Below, piece after piece: positions 40,430 through 50,205 of a stretch of DNA of 64,000 bases. The notes under the pieces were generated by a model, which searched no databases, was not told where the DNA came from, and saw only the letters and a list, made by a program, of their open reading frames with translations. Each line of letters begins with the position of its first letter. Position 1 is the stretch's first letter. The translations under genes and the position numbers were made by a program. The stretch is from an uncultured Chloroflexia bacterium (GTDB lineage: Bacteria > Chloroflexota > Limnocylindria > Limnocylindrales > CSP1-4): the NCBI GenBank assembly GCA_963819655.1, contig CAWFXA010000002.1:1632001-1696000 (forward strand), read 5' to 3'.

Positions 40430-40825
40430 ATGGCGGAGCGCAAGAAAGCGGTCAAGCAGCGTCGGCGGGAGAAGAAGAACGTCCCCCAGGGGCACGTCCA
40501 CATCCAGGCCACGTTCAATAACACGATCATCACGATCACCGACCTCAACGGCGCGGTCATCAGCTGGGGCTCGGCCGGCGTGGCCGGTTTCAAGGGCTCC
40601 CGGAAGAGCACGCCCTATGCGGCAGCCCTGTCGGCTGACGGCGCGGCGAAGCGTGCGATGGAGCACGGCATGCGCCAGGTCGAGGTCTACGTGAAGGGCC
40701 CGGGCGCCGGCCGCGAGCAGGCAATCCGCTCCCTGCAGGCCGCCGGCCTCGAGGTCAGCGCCATCACAGACGTCACTCCAATCCCGCATAACGGTTGCCG
40801 CCCCCCCAAGCGGCGCCGCGTCTAG
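40430..40825 (+). CDS. rpsK: 30S ribosomal protein S11
   Basis: [13 protein letters not shown] and [15 protein letters not shown] motifs. Confidence 0.98.
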   Translation: MAERKKAVKQRRREKKNVPQGHVHIQATFNNTIITITDLNGAVISWGSAGVAGFKGSRKSTPYAAALSADGAAKRAMEHGMRQVEVYVKGPGAGREQAIRSLQAAGLEVSAITDVTPIPHNGCRPPKRRRV

Positions 40826-40836
40826 CCCGGAGTTCC

Positions 40837-41463
40837 ATGGCTCGTTACACCGATTCCGTTTGCCGGATCTGCCGGCGCGAGGGCGCCAAGCTCTTCCTGA
40901 AGGGCTCGCGTTGCTATACCAAGAAATGCGCATTCGAGCGGCGGCCGTCGCCTCCCGGCCAGCACGGCGTCCGCCGTCGCAAGGTCGGTGAGTACGGCCT
41001 GCAGCTGCGCGAGAAGCAGAAGGTTCGCAAGACCTACGGCGTTCTCGAGCGGCAGTTCCGCAACTATTTCATCGCTGCCGAGAACCGGCCTGGCGTGACC
41101 GGCGAGAACCTGCTCCGGTCGCTCGAGATGCGCCTGGACAACGTCGTGTACCGGGCTGGCTTCGCTCCGTCCCGCGCCGCCGCCCGCCAGCTGGTCACGC
41201 ACGGCCATTTCGCGGTGAACGGTGTCCCGACCAACATCCCGTCGTACCAGGTCAAGCCGGGCGAGAAGATCGAGGTTCGAGAGACCCGTCGCGCCCGTGA
41301 GCCGTTCAAGGTGGTCAAGGAGACGCTCCGCAACCACCAGGCGCCGCAATGGCTGTCCATCGATGCCGGCACGCTGTCCGGCTCCGTCGTCACGCCGCCC
41401 AGCCGCGACCAGATGCCGCTCGATCTCAACGAGCAGCTCGTGGTCGAGTACTACTCGAGGTAA
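40837..41463 (+). CDS. rpsD: 30S ribosomal protein S4 (zinc-binding type)
   Basis: [27 protein letters not shown] and VEYYSR motifs. Confidence 0.97.
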   Translation: MARYTDSVCRICRREGAKLFLKGSRCYTKKCAFERRPSPPGQHGVRRRKVGEYGLQLREKQKVRKTYGVLERQFRNYFIAAENRPGVTGENLLRSLEMRLDNVVYRAGFAPSRAAARQLVTHGHFAVNGVPTNIPSYQVKPGEKIEVRETRRAREPFKVVKETLRNHQAPQWLSIDAGTLSGSVVTPPSRDQMPLDLNEQLVVEYYSR

Positions 41464-41472
41464 CTGGCCCAC

Positions 41473-42462
41473 ATGATCGAACTCGAGAACCCGCAGATCG
41501 AGCCCGTCGAGGAAGTCGGCACGTACGCGAAGTACGAGGCCGGTCCTCTCCAGGCCGGGTACGGCGTGACCCTCGGCAATGCGCTGCGGCGCGTCCTGCT
41601 GTCGTCCCTCGAAGGCGCGGCGGTCACAAGCATCCAGATCCGCGACGTCTACCAGGAGTTCTCCACGATCCCCGGCGTCAAGGAAGACGTCACGCAGATC
41701 GTCCTGAACGTCAAGAAGCTTCGCCTCAAGAGCTTCGCCGCGCACCCCGTCCAGCTCCGGCTCATCAAGAGCGGTGCCGGTGCGGTGACCGCTGCCGACA
41801 TCGCCGAGTCCGCCGACGTCGAGATCATCAACCAGGACCTCGTCCTCATGACGATCGATACCGACGACGTGACGATCGAGATGGACCTGACCGTCGAGCG
41901 CGGCGTCGGCTACCTCGGTGCCGAGCGGGCCGAGGCGCTGCCGATCGGCGTGATCGCGGTCGACGCGATCTTCACGCCGGTCCGCAAGGTCAACTATTGG
42001 GTCGAGAGCATGCGAGTCGGTCAGATGACCAACTTCGACAAGCTCACGATCGAGATCGAGACCGACGGCACCATCGGGCCCGAGGAGGCGCTTAGCCGCT
42101 CGGCCGAGATCCTCGTCAACCAGTTCCGGCCGTTCGTGACGGTCGGCATGGCCGCCGTTCCGGCGGCGGCTGTGACGGGTGTCGCGGCACTCCCGCCGAA
42201 CATGCTCGACATGCCGATCGAGGAGCTCGACCTCCCGATGCGGGCGTACAACTCGCTCAAGCGCAACAACATCGTCAAGGTGGGGCAGCTGCTCCAGCTC
42301 AAGGACGACGACCTCCTGCGCATGCGCAACTTCGGCAAGAAGTCGCTCGACGAGATGAAGGAGCGACTGCGCATGCGCGGCTTCATCGTCCCGGAGACCG
42401 AGGGTGACGGACTCGACGATCTCGACGGTGAGGAGCCGTTCGAGGACGAGCCCGAGGCCTGA
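41473..42462 (+). CDS. rpoA: RNA polymerase subunit alpha
   Basis: TLGNALRRVLLSSL, DAIFTPVRKV and NFGKKSL motifs. Confidence 0.98.
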   Translation: MIELENPQIEPVEEVGTYAKYEAGPLQAGYGVTLGNALRRVLLSSLEGAAVTSIQIRDVYQEFSTIPGVKEDVTQIVLNVKKLRLKSFAAHPVQLRLIKSGAGAVTAADIAESADVEIINQDLVLMTIDTDDVTIEMDLTVERGVGYLGAERAEALPIGVIAVDAIFTPVRKVNYWVESMRVGQMTNFDKLTIEIETDGTIGPEEALSRSAEILVNQFRPFVTVGMAAVPAAAVTGVAALPPNMLDMPIEELDLPMRAYNSLKRNNIVKVGQLLQLKDDDLLRMRNFGKKSLDEMKERLRMRGFIVPETEGDGLDDLDGEEPFEDEPEA

Positions 42463-42465
42463 TCC

Positions 42466-42819
42466 ATGGCCCATCGGATCGGCGGTCGCAAGCTCAGTCG
42501 CAAGACCGGACCGCGCATGAGCCTGTTCAAGAACCTGACCGTGTCGGTCCTGCGCTATGAGCGCGTCAAGACGACCGAGGCCAAGGCCAAGGAGATCAGC
42601 GGGCGCGTCGAAAAGGTCATCACGCTGGCGAAGCGCGGTGACCTGGCGGCACGTCGCGCGGTCGTCGCCCAATTCCCGAACGAGCCGCTCGTCGTGACCA
42701 AGCTGTTCGACGAGATCGCGCCCAAGTACGCCGACCGAACGTCGGGCTTCACCCGCATCGTCCGCATCGGACAACGCCGCGGGGACGCCGCGGAAATCGT
42801 CCAGATCGAATTGGTCTGA
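42466..42819 (+). CDS. rplQ: 50S ribosomal protein L17
   Basis: TTEAKAKE and GFTRIVRIGQRRGDAA motifs. Confidence 0.97.
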   Translation: MAHRIGGRKLSRKTGPRMSLFKNLTVSVLRYERVKTTEAKAKEISGRVEKVITLAKRGDLAARRAVVAQFPNEPLVVTKLFDEIAPKYADRTSGFTRIVRIGQRRGDAAEIVQIELV

Positions 42820-42821
42820 TG

Positions 42822-42941
42822 GTCGCCGTTGATCCGGCCCATGGCCGCGTTGCCGTCTCCGCTCCGGCGCTCACGCACCGCAAGGTGCGCTCGCGTCCGG
42901 TGCTCGACGGCGCCTTGCCCTGAGCTCGGCTGAACGGCGAC
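42822..42941 (+). repeat. family B palindromic repeat, copy 4 (120 bp)
   Basis: Perfect 9-bp terminal inverted repeat GTCGCCGTT/AACGGCGAC. Core GCGTTG..CGCTCACGCACC-GCAA-GGTGCGCTCGCG..GTGCTCGACGGCGCCTTG. Confidence 0.8.
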
Positions 42942-42982
42942 AAACCAGTTCGCCAGTAAAGGCGTCCGAGAGGACGCCCCCA

Positions 42983-43750
42983 ACGCGCTTTCGCGCACGG
43001 GTCGAATACGATGGGACGGACTTCGCTGGGTTCCAGGCAAATCCTGGGAAGCGGTCCGTCCAGGGGGTCCTGGAAGACGCGCTGGCGCGCCTCGGCGACG
43101 GGGTCGTCCGGCGGGTCGACGGGGCCGGTCGAACGGATGCCGGTGTCCACGCCACGGGACAGGTGATCGCCTTCTCGTATGGCGGGCGACTGTCGGCGAC
43201 CGAGCTCGGAGCGGCGCTCGAGGCGATCCTGCCACGGGACGTCGCCGTCCGAGACGTGCGCCGAGCGCCGGACGGCTTCAACCCCCGCTACGCGGCGCGG
43301 TACCGGGAATACCGCTACACCGTCTGGAACGGGCCGCCCAGCCCGCTTCACGAGCGCACCGCGCTCGGGGTGCGGGACCCGCTCGACACCGCCGCGATGG
43401 CGCGGGCCGGGTCGGCCTTCATCGGCCGGCGCGACTTCAGGGCCTTCGGGGCGGGGGACCGATCCCCGGTCCGGACCGTCACCGCGGTCCGGGTCAGACG
43501 ATCGGGCCGGCTCGTCACGATCGACGTCCGGGCCGACTCGTTCATACGGGGCCAGGTCCGACGGATGGTCGGCCTCCTCCTGGAGGTCGGTCTGGCAAAG
43601 ACGGATATCGACACGGTCCGGGCGGCATTGGCCGACCCGGGATCCGCGGCCAAGGGGCCGGCAGCCCCGGCCAAGGGCCTGTGCCTCCGGCACGTCGCCA
43701 TCGGGCGAACGACCGGCAGCCAAGCGAACGGAGAACACGAGGAACGATGA
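42983..43750 (+). CDS. truA: tRNA pseudouridine(38-40) synthase TruA, start codon non-canonical or unresolved
   Basis: In-frame RFRARVEYDGTDFAGFQ, catalytic GRTDAGVHA, REYRY, FIRGQVRRMVG and APAKGLCL. No ATG/GTG/TTG between the in-frame TGA at 42830 and 43163. Confidence 0.85.
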   Translation, partial: TRFRARVEYDGTDFAGFQANPGKRSVQGVLEDALARLGDGVVRRVDGAGRTDAGVHATGQVIAFSYGGRLSATELGAALEAILPRDVAVRDVRRAPDGFNPRYAARYREYRYTVWNGPPSPLHERTALGVRDPLDTAAMARAGSAFIGRRDFRAFGAGDRSPVRTVTAVRVRRSGRLVTIDVRADSFIRGQVRRMVGLLLEVGLAKTDIDTVRAALADPGSAAKGPAAPAKGLCLRHVAIGRTTGSQANGEHEER

Positions 43751-44178
43751 ACGCGAAGACCATATCGGTCCGTGAGAGCGAGATCGAGCGACGCTGGTAC
43801 GTCGTCGACGCGACGGACGAGACGCTCGGCCGTCTTGCGTCGCGTATCGCCCGCGTCCTCGTGGGCAAGCACAAGCCGACCTACCAACCGAACCTCGACT
43901 CGGGCGACCACGTGATCGTGCTCAACGCCGGGCGCATCGCGGTTACCAGTGACAAGCTCGAGAGCAAGGTCTACGCCCGCCATAGCGGCTACCCGCAAGG
44001 CTTCAAGGAGGAGACCCTCGGTCATCTCCTGGAGCGCCGGCCGGAGGAGGTCATCCGCCGTGCCGTCAAGGGCATGGTGCCGCACACGCGACTCGGCGCC
44101 CAGCAGCTACGCAAGCTGAAGATCTACGCCGGATCCGACCACCCCCATCAGGCTCAGCAGCCTGAGCCGCTCGCCTGA
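43747..44178 (+). CDS. rplM: 50S ribosomal protein L13
   Basis: WYVVDA..LGRLAS, GKHKPTY and AVKGMVP motifs. Confidence 0.97.
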   Translation: MNAKTISVRESEIERRWYVVDATDETLGRLASRIARVLVGKHKPTYQPNLDSGDHVIVLNAGRIAVTSDKLESKVYARHSGYPQGFKEETLGHLLERRPEEVIRRAVKGMVPHTRLGAQQLRKLKIYAGSDHPHQAQQPEPLA

Positions 44179-44195
44179 CGAGGAGCGAAATCCAG

Positions 44196-44594
44196 ATGTC
44201 CATCCCCGCTTTCTACTCCGGGACCGGCCGCCGCAAGACGGCCATCGCGCGCGTCCGGCTCCTGCCGGGCGAGGGCGAGATCGTCGTCAACGGCCGATCG
44301 CTCGATGAACACTTCGGCAATGCCGTCAACGAGGCCGAGGTTCGGATGCCCTTCCGGGTCACCGGGACCGAAGGTCGCTTCAACGCGATGATCAAGGTCG
44401 AGGGTGGCGGCGTGCACGGCCAGGCCGGCGCCATCCGCCACGGCATCGCGCGCGCCCTGCTCGAAGTGGACGAGGACGCCAACCGCCTTCCCCTCCGGCA
44501 AGCCGGACTCCTCACACGGGATCCGCGCATGAAGGAGCGCAAGAAGTACGGTCTCAAGCGTGCCCGGAAGGCCCCGCAGTACACGAAACGTTAG
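44196..44594 (+). CDS. rpsI: 30S ribosomal protein S9
   Basis: [12 protein letters not shown] and [19 protein letters not shown] motifs. Confidence 0.97.
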   Translation: MSIPAFYSGTGRRKTAIARVRLLPGEGEIVVNGRSLDEHFGNAVNEAEVRMPFRVTGTEGRFNAMIKVEGGGVHGQAGAIRHGIARALLEVDEDANRLPLRQAGLLTRDPRMKERKKYGLKRARKAPQYTKR

Positions 44595-44727
44595 CGTGCA
44601 CGCCTCCGTCTGAGCGGCCCATGCGTGCGTTGCCGGACTCCGCGCGCTCGCTCACGCACCTTGGGGTGCGCTCGCTCACGTGCTCGCCGGCGCCTTCGCC
44701 TGTACCGTCATCCGGACGCGAACCACG
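44595..44727 (+). repeat. family B palindromic repeat, copy 5 (about 133 bp)
   Basis: Starts at the base after the rpsI stop. Core GCGTTG..CTCCGCGCGCTCGCTCACGCACC-TTGG-GGTGCGCTCGCTCACGTGCTCGCCGGCGCCTTC. Outer arms loose. Confidence 0.8.
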
Positions 44728-44763
44728 ATCCATCGCGCAGCCGGAACCACTGGCGCCAGGGCG

Positions 44764-45720
44764 ATGACGACGACGACATCGACGCTGGTCGGGCGGGATC
44801 TGCTCAGTGCGGCGGATCTGTCTGCGGTCGAGGTCGAGCGGGTCTTCGAGACGGCCGCGCTCCTCAAAGCCGAGTTCCGGGCACGCCGCCGGCACGAGCT
44901 GCCGCTGCTGGCCGGCCGGACGCTGGCGATGCTCTTCCAGAAGCCGAGCCTGCGAACTCGCGTGACATTCGAGGCCGGGATGACCCAGCTCGGCGGCGCG
45001 GCCATCTACCTCCCGGAAGACGCAGTCATGGGTGCACGGGAGGCCGTGCGCGACGTCGCCCGCAACCTCGAACGATTCGTCGACGCGATCGTGGCGCGCA
45101 CCGGGCCGCACGAGGTCGTTCTCGAGCTCGCCGCCCAGGCATCGGTTCCCGTCATCAACGGGCTGACCCTGCGCGAGCACCCGTGCCAGGCGCTCGCCGA
45201 CATCTTCACGATCCGCGAGCACCTCGGCCGCCTCGAAGGCGCCGTCGTCACGTTCGTGGGTGATGGCAACAATGTCTACCACTCGCTCGCGCTCGTCGGC
45301 GCTGCCTTCGGGATGGAGGTGCGGCTCGCCCATCCGCGTGGCTACGCGCCAGACCCACGGATCGTCGCGCTCGCCGAGGAGCGTGCGACGGAGTCGGGCG
45401 GCCGGCTCGTCTTCGGTCAGGATCCCGTCGAGTTGGTCCGCGGCGCCGATGTCGTCTACACCGACGCGTGGACCTCGATGGGCCAGGAGGTCGAGACGGA
45501 AGCGCGCCGCGACGCGTTCGCGGCGTATCGCATCGACGACGCGTTGATGTCAGCGGCCGGTCCGAACGCGGTCGCCATGCATTGCCTTCCGGCGCATCGT
45601 GGCGAGGAGATCACCTCGTCCGTCATGGATGGCCCGCGAAGCCTGATCTTCGAGCAGTCCGAGAATCGATTGCATGTCCAGAAGGCGCTCCTCGTGGAGC
45701 TGATCGGCGCGGTCGGATGA
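44764..45720 (+). CDS. argF: ornithine carbamoyltransferase
   Basis: PSLRTR carbamoyl-phosphate motif, HPCQALAD, TDAWTSMG and HCLPAHRGEE. Confidence 0.92.
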   Translation: MTTTTSTLVGRDLLSAADLSAVEVERVFETAALLKAEFRARRRHELPLLAGRTLAMLFQKPSLRTRVTFEAGMTQLGGAAIYLPEDAVMGAREAVRDVARNLERFVDAIVARTGPHEVVLELAAQASVPVINGLTLREHPCQALADIFTIREHLGRLEGAVVTFVGDGNNVYHSLALVGAAFGMEVRLAHPRGYAPDPRIVALAEERATESGGRLVFGQDPVELVRGADVVYTDAWTSMGQEVETEARRDAFAAYRIDDALMSAAGPNAVAMHCLPAHRGEEITSSVMDGPRSLIFEQSENRLHVQKALLVELIGAVG

Positions 45721-46604
45721 GCGAGGCCCTCTACGAGCGCTACAAGGAGGCGCTGCGCCGCGGCCACGTCGCCAGCCAGCGCGCCCGCTTCGACGAGGCG
45801 CTCGACGCCTACGGTGAGGCGGCCAGGGTCGCCCCGGACCGGGCACTGCCGCTCGTCGGCATCGGTCTGGTCCTCACCCGGCTCGGCAAGTCCGCCGAAG
45901 CGTTGTCGGCCTTTGACCTGGCCTTGGATCGCGCCCCGACCGACGAGACGGCCCTGCGCGGCCGAGTCGATGCCCTGCTCGCGCTGGGCGATCGAGTCCA
46001 CGCGGCCGAGACCCTCGACCGGCTCGTCACGATCCTGGACGCCACCGACCGGCAGTCGGAGGCACTCGACGCCGCCGGCCGTGCGCTCGATCTCGCGGAG
46101 GCGCGGAGTCGACGTGAGGGCCTGCGCGCGATGGTCGATCGCATCGAGGCCGACCCGGCTGCCGTGTCGGCCGTCGGCGACGCACTCGTCCGCGCGGTCG
46201 CCCTCCTCGAGGGCCCGCTCGGCCCGGAACCCGAGCCTGCGCCACCGCCGTTCGATCCGGCCGCCGCGATGGCCGCCGTCGAGGACGCCGCTGCGACCGG
46301 CGATGCCGAGGCGACCCGGGCCGCCGCCCTGGCGGCCGCCCGAGGCCATCGGGCGGCGGGCCAGCTCCACGCCGCGATCGATGCGTGCTATCAGGCGCTC
46401 GCCACCAACCCTGCGGATCCCGCGCTGCACCTCGCCCTCGCCGAGCTCTACGTCGACCGCGGCTGGCGCACCGCGGCCGCCGACAAGCTCGTCCTGCTGG
46501 CCCGGCTCGTCGATCTCGGCGATGACCCGGCGACACGGGAACGGCTGTGCGGCCTGGCGACACGCCTCCCGGACGACCCGCGGCTGGAGGCGATCTGCGC
46601 CTGA
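45717..46604 (+). CDS. tetratricopeptide-repeat protein of unknown function
   Basis: ATGA overlap with argF. TPR-like helices (EALDAYGEAARVAPD, EALSAFDLALDRAPT, AIDACYQALATNPADP). Confidence 0.75.
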   Translation: MSEALYERYKEALRRGHVASQRARFDEALDAYGEAARVAPDRALPLVGIGLVLTRLGKSAEALSAFDLALDRAPTDETALRGRVDALLALGDRVHAAETLDRLVTILDATDRQSEALDAAGRALDLAEARSRREGLRAMVDRIEADPAAVSAVGDALVRAVALLEGPLGPEPEPAPPPFDPAAAMAAVEDAAATGDAEATRAAALAAARGHRAAGQLHAAIDACYQALATNPADPALHLALAELYVDRGWRTAAADKLVLLARLVDLGDDPATRERLCGLATRLPDDPRLEAICA

Positions 46605-46642
46605 CCCGACGGGCCGCCGAACCGGGTCGGAAGGGGGAGCGA

Positions 46643-46651
46643 TGCTACACT
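46643..46651 (+). promoter_or_regulatory. extended -10 promoter, near-leaderless cdaA transcript
   Basis: TGcTACACT ends 9 nt before ATG 46661, with no Shine-Dalgarno in between. Confidence 0.5.
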
Positions 46652-46660
46652 CGGCGAACG

Positions 46661-47521
46661 ATGTCGGAGCTCCTCGGATCGATCCTCGAACAGGTCCGCT
46701 TGACGACCCTCCTCGACATCGCGATCACCTCCCTGCTGATCTATTGGCTGTTCAGCCTCATCCGCGGCACACGTGCGGTCCGGCTGGTCATCGGCGTGAG
46801 CGTGTTGATCGTGGTCTACCTGCTGGCGGTCGCACTCGGGCTCGAGTTGCTGACCCGCATCCTGCAGGGCGGGGCCGTCGTCGGGCTGTTCGCGCTGGTC
46901 GTGATCTTCCAGCCGGAGATCCGCCGCGCACTCGAGCGGATCGGGCGGGTCGGCTCGTTCGGCTGGATGCTGTCGGGCGCGGACTCGCGCGCGGTGGACC
47001 ACGTCGCGAAAGAGGTCGCGCGTGCCGCGGCCGAGTTGTCGGCGGAGGGCCACGGCGCACTGATGGTCCTCGAGCGGGAGACGGGCCTGGAGGACACCGC
47101 TGAGACCGGCGTCATGATCCACGGCGACGTCTCCGCCGACCTCATCCGCACCATCTTCGCGCCACGCACGGCGCTCCACGATGGGGCCGTCATCGTCCGC
47201 GGCGAGACGATCCTGGCGGCCGGGGTCCTGTTGCCCCTTGCCGAGACGACCGTGCAGGTCGAGCGGTTCGGCACGCGCCATCGCGCAGCGCTCGGCATCG
47301 CCGAGCAGACCGATGCGATCGTCATCGTGGTGTCCGAGGAGAACGGGCAGATCAGCCTCGTGGAGCGGTCGCGCATCGTGCGCAACCTGAACGAGGCACA
47401 GCTCGCGCGGACCATCCGCCAGCTGCTCGATCCGACCCATGGCGGGCGCCGCCGGCCCCTCGGCAGCTGGCGATCGTCGCCGGAGCCCGCGTCCACGTCG
47501 GCCGTACGAGCCCCGCGGTGA
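46661..47521 (+). CDS. cdaA: diadenylate cyclase CdaA (c-di-AMP synthase)
   Basis: Three N-terminal TM helices, IFQPEIRRALE, catalytic LHDGA and TRHRAA motifs. Confidence 0.95.
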   Translation: MSELLGSILEQVRLTTLLDIAITSLLIYWLFSLIRGTRAVRLVIGVSVLIVVYLLAVALGLELLTRILQGGAVVGLFALVVIFQPEIRRALERIGRVGSFGWMLSGADSRAVDHVAKEVARAAAELSAEGHGALMVLERETGLEDTAETGVMIHGDVSADLIRTIFAPRTALHDGAVIVRGETILAAGVLLPLAETTVQVERFGTRHRAALGIAEQTDAIVIVVSEENGQISLVERSRIVRNLNEAQLARTIRQLLDPTHGGRRRPLGSWRSSPEPASTSAVRAPR

Positions 47522-48735
47522 CCCGAGCCCTCGGGGTCCTCATCCACAACTGGCCCCTCAAACTCGCGGCAGTCGGACTGGCCACGCTCCTGTATGGCGG
47601 TCTCGTCCTGTCACAGAGCTCGGCGACTCTGACCGATGTCGTTCCCGTCGATGTGGTCGGCCAGCCGGCCGACACATTCCTGCTCCAGACGATCCGGCCG
47701 GTGACCGAGATCCGCTACTTCACGCCGTCGAACGTGCGGCCGATCGCATCCGACTTCGACGCGTGGGTCGACCTGACGAACGTCGTCCCAGGGAGCGGAC
47801 CGCAGAGCGTGCCGATCCAGCTCCGCTCGGTCGATCCGCGCGTGCGCGTGCTCGGGTTCGAGCCGCAATCGGCGACGATCGATCTCGACGTCGTCGCCCG
47901 CAAGACCGTCCCGGTCCAGGTCGAGCGGGGTGACGTCCCGTCCACCCTCACGGTGGGGGAGGTGACGGTCCAACCGACGGAGGTCCAGGTCGTCGGACCC
48001 AGGTCTGTGCTCGATCGCGTCGTCGCGGCCCGGGCGGACGTGATCGTGCAGCCGTTGGGCATCGACGTGGACCAGGATGTCGAGCTCGTGCCGATCGACA
48101 GCGTCGGCGATGCGGTCGCTCAAGTACGGCTCGATCCCGCGACCGCGCGCGTCACGATCCCGATCTTCTCCGATCGACAGACACGCACCCTCCCCGTCAG
48201 CCCTCAGATCACCGGCTCGCCGGCCGCCGGATTCGAGCTCAGCTCGGCGACGGTCACGCCGCCGTTCCTCACTGTCCTGGGCGACCTCGACGACCTGGAG
48301 GCGATGACCAGCGTCGACACGCAGCCGATCCCGGTCACCGGTTACTCGACCTCGCGCACCCTGGAGGTCGGGCTCGCGCTGCCGACCGGGGTCGTCGCGA
48401 CAGGCGCCCAGGAGGTGAGCGTGACGATCGGCGTCCGCCCCGTGACCGGGACGCGCTCGTTCGAGGTCGGTGTGCGGATGGTCGGCGTCCAGCCGGACAT
48501 GTCGTATAAGGCGGCGGTCGATCGCGTGCTCATCACGGTCGGCGGCAGCACCGCCGAACTGGATCGGCTCATCGGCTCGACGCTGGCCGTGGACCTCGAC
48601 GTCTCGACACTCGGCCCAGGGACGAGCAACGTCACCGTCACGGCTGCGCTGCCGGCAGGCGTCACCCTCGTGGCAGCCAGTCCGCCGCAAGTCCAGGTGA
48701 CGGTCACCGCCCGCTCGACACCCGCGCCCTCCTGA
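47518..48735 (+). CDS. cdaR: CdaR / YbbR-domain regulator of CdaA
   Basis: N-terminal NWPLKLAAVGLA..LY anchor, repeated beta-rich YbbR-like units, position between cdaA and glmM. Confidence 0.88.
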   Translation: MTRALGVLIHNWPLKLAAVGLATLLYGGLVLSQSSATLTDVVPVDVVGQPADTFLLQTIRPVTEIRYFTPSNVRPIASDFDAWVDLTNVVPGSGPQSVPIQLRSVDPRVRVLGFEPQSATIDLDVVARKTVPVQVERGDVPSTLTVGEVTVQPTEVQVVGPRSVLDRVVAARADVIVQPLGIDVDQDVELVPIDSVGDAVAQVRLDPATARVTIPIFSDRQTRTLPVSPQITGSPAAGFELSSATVTPPFLTVLGDLDDLEAMTSVDTQPIPVTGYSTSRTLEVGLALPTGVVATGAQEVSVTIGVRPVTGTRSFEVGVRMVGVQPDMSYKAAVDRVLITVGGSTAELDRLIGSTLAVDLDVSTLGPGTSNVTVTAALPAGVTLVAASPPQVQVTVTARSTPAPS

Positions 48736-48737
48736 GC

Positions 48738-50069
48738 GTGGGACGCCTCTTCGGGACCGATGGCATCCGCGGTGTGGCCAACGTCGACCTGAAGCCGACC
48801 GTGGCGTATGCGCTCGGGCGGGCGACCGCCAAGCGTCTGGCGGCACCCGGTGCCGCGATCGTCGTCGGCCAGGACACGCGCCGATCGGGGGACATGTTCG
48901 TCGCCGCCATCGTGGCCGGGGCGACCAGCCTCGGTGTCGACGTCCATGTCGTCGGCGTCGTGCCGACGCCTGCGCTCGCCTACCTCGCGGGGTCCGGGGA
49001 GTACAGGGCCGGGATCATGGTCTCGGCCTCGCACAACCCCGCCGACGACAACGGCCTCAAGGTCCTCGACGCCAACGGCCTGAAGCTCGATGACTCCGTC
49101 GAGGACGAGCTCGAGGCGCTGATCTGGCGGGAAGGGGAGCTCCCCGGCGTCGGTAACGCGACACTCGGCCGCCGGATCGACGCGACCGATTCGATCGAGC
49201 GCTATCTCGTGCATCGACGCGGGCTCGCCGGTTCGATCGACGCGAGCGGCCTGCACATCGTGCTCGATGGGGCGAACGGGTCCGGCGGGGCGGCGGGTCT
49301 CGAGATCCTGTCCGCGACGGGTGCCCGGGTCGAGGCGATCCACGTCGAGCCGGACGGGGTCAACATCAACGTCGAGTCGGGCGCCACGTCGCCGGGGTCG
49401 CTGGCGCAGGCCGTCAAGGAACGCGGTGCCGACGTCGGCTTCGCGCTGGACGGCGACGCCGACCGCCTGATCGCGGTCGATGGGCAGGGTCGCATCGTCG
49501 ATGGTGACCAGGTCCTCGGGATCCTCGCCCTCGAGCGGCTCGGGCGCGACGCGCTGCCCGGCGGTCTGGTGGTCTCCATCCTGTCCAACGGCGGGCTGCA
49601 GGGCGCGGTCGAGGCGGCCGGCGGCGAGGTCGTCCGGACGCCGGTCGGGGACAAGTACATCCTCGAGGGGATGCAGGTGGCCGGCGCGATGCTCGGCGGC
49701 GAGAAGTCGGGGCACGTCATCGTTCTCGAGCACACCACCTCGGGTGACGGGATCGTCACCGCGCTCGAGGTCCTGCGCGTCATGACCGGACGGCGCAAGC
49801 CGCTCGCGGAGCTGGCCGAGGCCATCACGCTGTTGCCACAGCAACAGCGCGCCGTCAGCGCCCGTCACAAGGATCAATGGGAGGGCGATCCGACCCTCCG
49901 GCGCGCCATCGCCGCTGCCAGCGCACGGCTCGGCAGCGCCGGGCGGGTGCTCGTCCGGCCGTCCGGGACCGAGCCCGCGTTGCGGGTGATGGTGGAGGGC
50001 CCGGACGAGACCCTGGTCGCGGAGCTGGCCGACGCGCTCGCGACCCTCGCGGGGGAGCGTCTAAACTAG
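48738..50069 (+). CDS. glmM: phosphoglucosamine mutase
   Basis: FGTDGIRG, SASHNP, DGDADR and RPSGTEP motifs. Confidence 0.96.
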   Translation: MGRLFGTDGIRGVANVDLKPTVAYALGRATAKRLAAPGAAIVVGQDTRRSGDMFVAAIVAGATSLGVDVHVVGVVPTPALAYLAGSGEYRAGIMVSASHNPADDNGLKVLDANGLKLDDSVEDELEALIWREGELPGVGNATLGRRIDATDSIERYLVHRRGLAGSIDASGLHIVLDGANGSGGAAGLEILSATGARVEAIHVEPDGVNINVESGATSPGSLAQAVKERGADVGFALDGDADRLIAVDGQGRIVDGDQVLGILALERLGRDALPGGLVVSILSNGGLQGAVEAAGGEVVRTPVGDKYILEGMQVAGAMLGGEKSGHVIVLEHTTSGDGIVTALEVLRVMTGRRKPLAELAEAITLLPQQQRAVSARHKDQWEGDPTLRRAIAAASARLGSAGRVLVRPSGTEPALRVMVEGPDETLVAELADALATLAGERLN

Positions 50070-50076
50070 CTTCGGT

Positions 50077-50123
50077 GAATCCTCGGGTGGATGGCTCGCG
50101 GAGCGTCGCCTCCGCCCTCGGAG
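50077..50123 (-). repeat. family A structured repeat, copy 7 (47 bp), 7 nt after the glmM stop
   Basis: Reverse complement reads CTCCGA-GGGCGGA-GGC-GA-CGC-TCC-GCG-A-GCC-A-TCCACCC-GAGGATTC. Confidence 0.88.
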
Positions 50124-50205
50124 GGGCACGTGGGCTCCGCCATCGGAGAGCCACGAGCCCTTATGCGGACCTCCCGCGATGCAGACTGAACGGAGATCAA
50201 CGCTG

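Noticed and set aside
50124-50205. glmS ribozyme upstream of glmS
   Set aside because: The spacer holds a family A copy and a simple hairpin. I could not find the AGCGCC cleavage-site core or the GACGAGG motif, and the remaining space is too short.
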